From the sequence record OZ346219.1: DNA of 64,000 nucleotides; one strand, written 5' to 3'. Made by a program: the position numbers and the translations under genes. This document shows positions 62,701-64,000 of the stretch, piece by piece (the stretch's first letter is position 1; each line of letters starts with the position of its first letter). Below the pieces are notes generated by a model. The model worked only from the letters and a program-made list of their open reading frames with translations. It did no database searches and had not been told where the DNA came from. This stretch comes from a phage.

Positions 62701-63771
62701 TTATGCTAACATATCTTCGATTTCTTTGTCAACTGATTCGTCGCTGATCACTTGCCCCAGCTTATAATGATCGTTGATCGCTTCGTTAAACTTATCGTTT
62801 GTCAGAAGTGGTTTCCAGAACTCAACGCTATTGGTTTCTTTAGCACGGAACTTGCGTTCTTCGGTTTCCATCTCTCCGGTCTCAGTATTCAGGATTGAAC
62901 GAGAATACCAGCCGTTTGACGGTTTCACTACCCAACCTAACTCTACAGCCAATTCCAGCAAGCCAGAATAAGGATCGATGCCACCGCTAAATGTTACGCT
63001 AATCGGGAACTTAGATTTTTCTTTAACGGTTCGTGATTTTTCCGCATTCAGGATAAAATCATAACCAGTAATTTCGGTTCCTTCTTTCTGCTGACGACGA
63101 CCAATAATGAAAACTTCATTGGCTGAATACATCGCGCCCGTACCGCCGGACATAACGGTCTTACTAAACATTTCTTGCGTTTCGTAAGTGTGGTTAATAG
63201 CGATGCACGGGATATCATTCATAGTCAGATACGGCGTAACCATACGGAACAAGCCTTTAAGTGCTTTAGCTCGCGTCATATCCTGTGCGGATTTCTCATT
63301 AATCGCGTCTTCAACTTCTTTTTTACTTGCTAAGTTACCGATTGAGTCAATAAAGATGATCACTTTATCTTCACGGGTAATTTGCTCAAGCTGGTTCATG
63401 ATTTCAAATTTAAGTTCTTCGATGTTCTTGATTGGAACATGCACCACGCGATCAGGATCTACACCCATAGATTCAAGATAAGCGGATGTAATACCGAACT
63501 CAGAATCAAAGAACAAACACGCCGCATCAGGATTCTGTTTCATGTATGCACTAACACAGGTTAATCCCATGTTTGATTTAAAGTGCTTAGACGGACCAGC
63601 AAAGAAAATCAGACCAGATTGAAAGCCTTTTTTAAGATCACCCGAAAACGCAATATTCAGCATCGGGATCTTAGTGCGAGTATTTGTTTTTTCGTTAAAG
63701 AAGCTGGATTTAGACAGTACCGCAGTAGTTTTCAGGGTAGAGTTCTTTTTCAGTTTTTCCAGTACAGACAT
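62701..63771 (-). CDS. uvsX: RecA-like recombinase
   Basis: 356 aa; TKIPMLNIAFSGDLKKGFQSGLIFFAGPSKHFKSN and DSEFGITSAYLESMGVDPDRV closely match T4 UvsX. Confidence 0.9.
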   Translation of the reverse strand: MSVLEKLKKNSTLKTTAVLSKSSFFNEKTNTRTKIPMLNIAFSGDLKKGFQSGLIFFAGPSKHFKSNMGLTCVSAYMKQNPDAACLFFDSEFGITSAYLESMGVDPDRVVHVPIKNIEELKFEIMNQLEQITREDKVIIFIDSIGNLASKKEVEDAINEKSAQDMTRAKALKGLFRMVTPYLTMNDIPCIAINHTYETQEMFSKTVMSGGTGAMYSANEVFIIGRRQQKEGTEITGYDFILNAEKSRTVKEKSKFPISVTFSGGIDPYSGLLELAVELGWVVKPSNGWYSRSILNTETGEMETEERKFRAKETNSVEFWKPLLTNDKFNEAINDHYKLGQVISDESVDKEIEDMLA

Positions 63772-63782
63772 TATTAATACCT

Positions 63783-63974
63783 CTATTCAGTTAATCCGTA
63801 ATACTTTAATTGCTTCATTGTTATTCGATCTTTGTAGTGCTCTTGAATTAACTTTTTCATCGCATCAACATCGATCGTCACAAATACTTCGTTGCTGTGA
63901 TTTCCGTGAACTTTCTTGAAATGCTCTATGCCTTCCTCACGTTCACGTTTAATCTTTTCAATGTCTCTCATCAT
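63783..63974 (-). CDS. hypothetical protein (63 aa)
   Basis: ORF upstream of uvsX. Confidence 0.3.
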   Translation of the reverse strand: MMRDIEKIKREREEGIEHFKKVHGNHSNEVFVTIDVDAMKKLIQEHYKDRITMKQLKYYGLTE

Positions 63975-64000
63975 ATATTTCTCACGTTGGCGGGTATCGT

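Overview
This window is a contiguous piece of a T4-type (Tevenvirinae-like) myovirus genome, colinear with the T4 map: gene 30 (DNA ligase), 31, cd, pseT, spanins, rnlA, denA, nrdB, nrdA, td, frd, 32, 59, 33, rnh, long-tail-fibre genes 34-37, holin t, then 52, rIIB, rIIA, 39, dexA, dda, 56, 61, 41 and uvsX. Replication and nucleotide-metabolism genes are on the minus strand; only the tail-fibre/holin block (27950-38534) is on the plus strand. Departures from T4 are the interesting part. There is no gp38, and no motA/asiA-sized genes between t and 52. Topoisomerase gp39 is a single fused ORF. About 23 copies of a conserved minus-strand promoter cassette (TTGACA, a roughly 17-bp spacer usually carrying a GC-rich palindrome, a -10 hexamer, then a conserved leader with GGAG before the ATG) each sit in front of small ORFs. 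Those small ORFs include several paralogous families, most notably six members sharing an HxHW motif at 2202-5586. Other candidates for new biology are a 130-residue insertion in thymidylate synthase, a four-repeat zinc-ribbon protein, and CYTH-like, NADAR-like and ADP-ribosyltransferase-like accessory genes. No tRNA, rRNA or CRISPR array was seen. All family assignments come from motifs read by eye and from gene order; no database search was run, and start codons of small ORFs are approximate.
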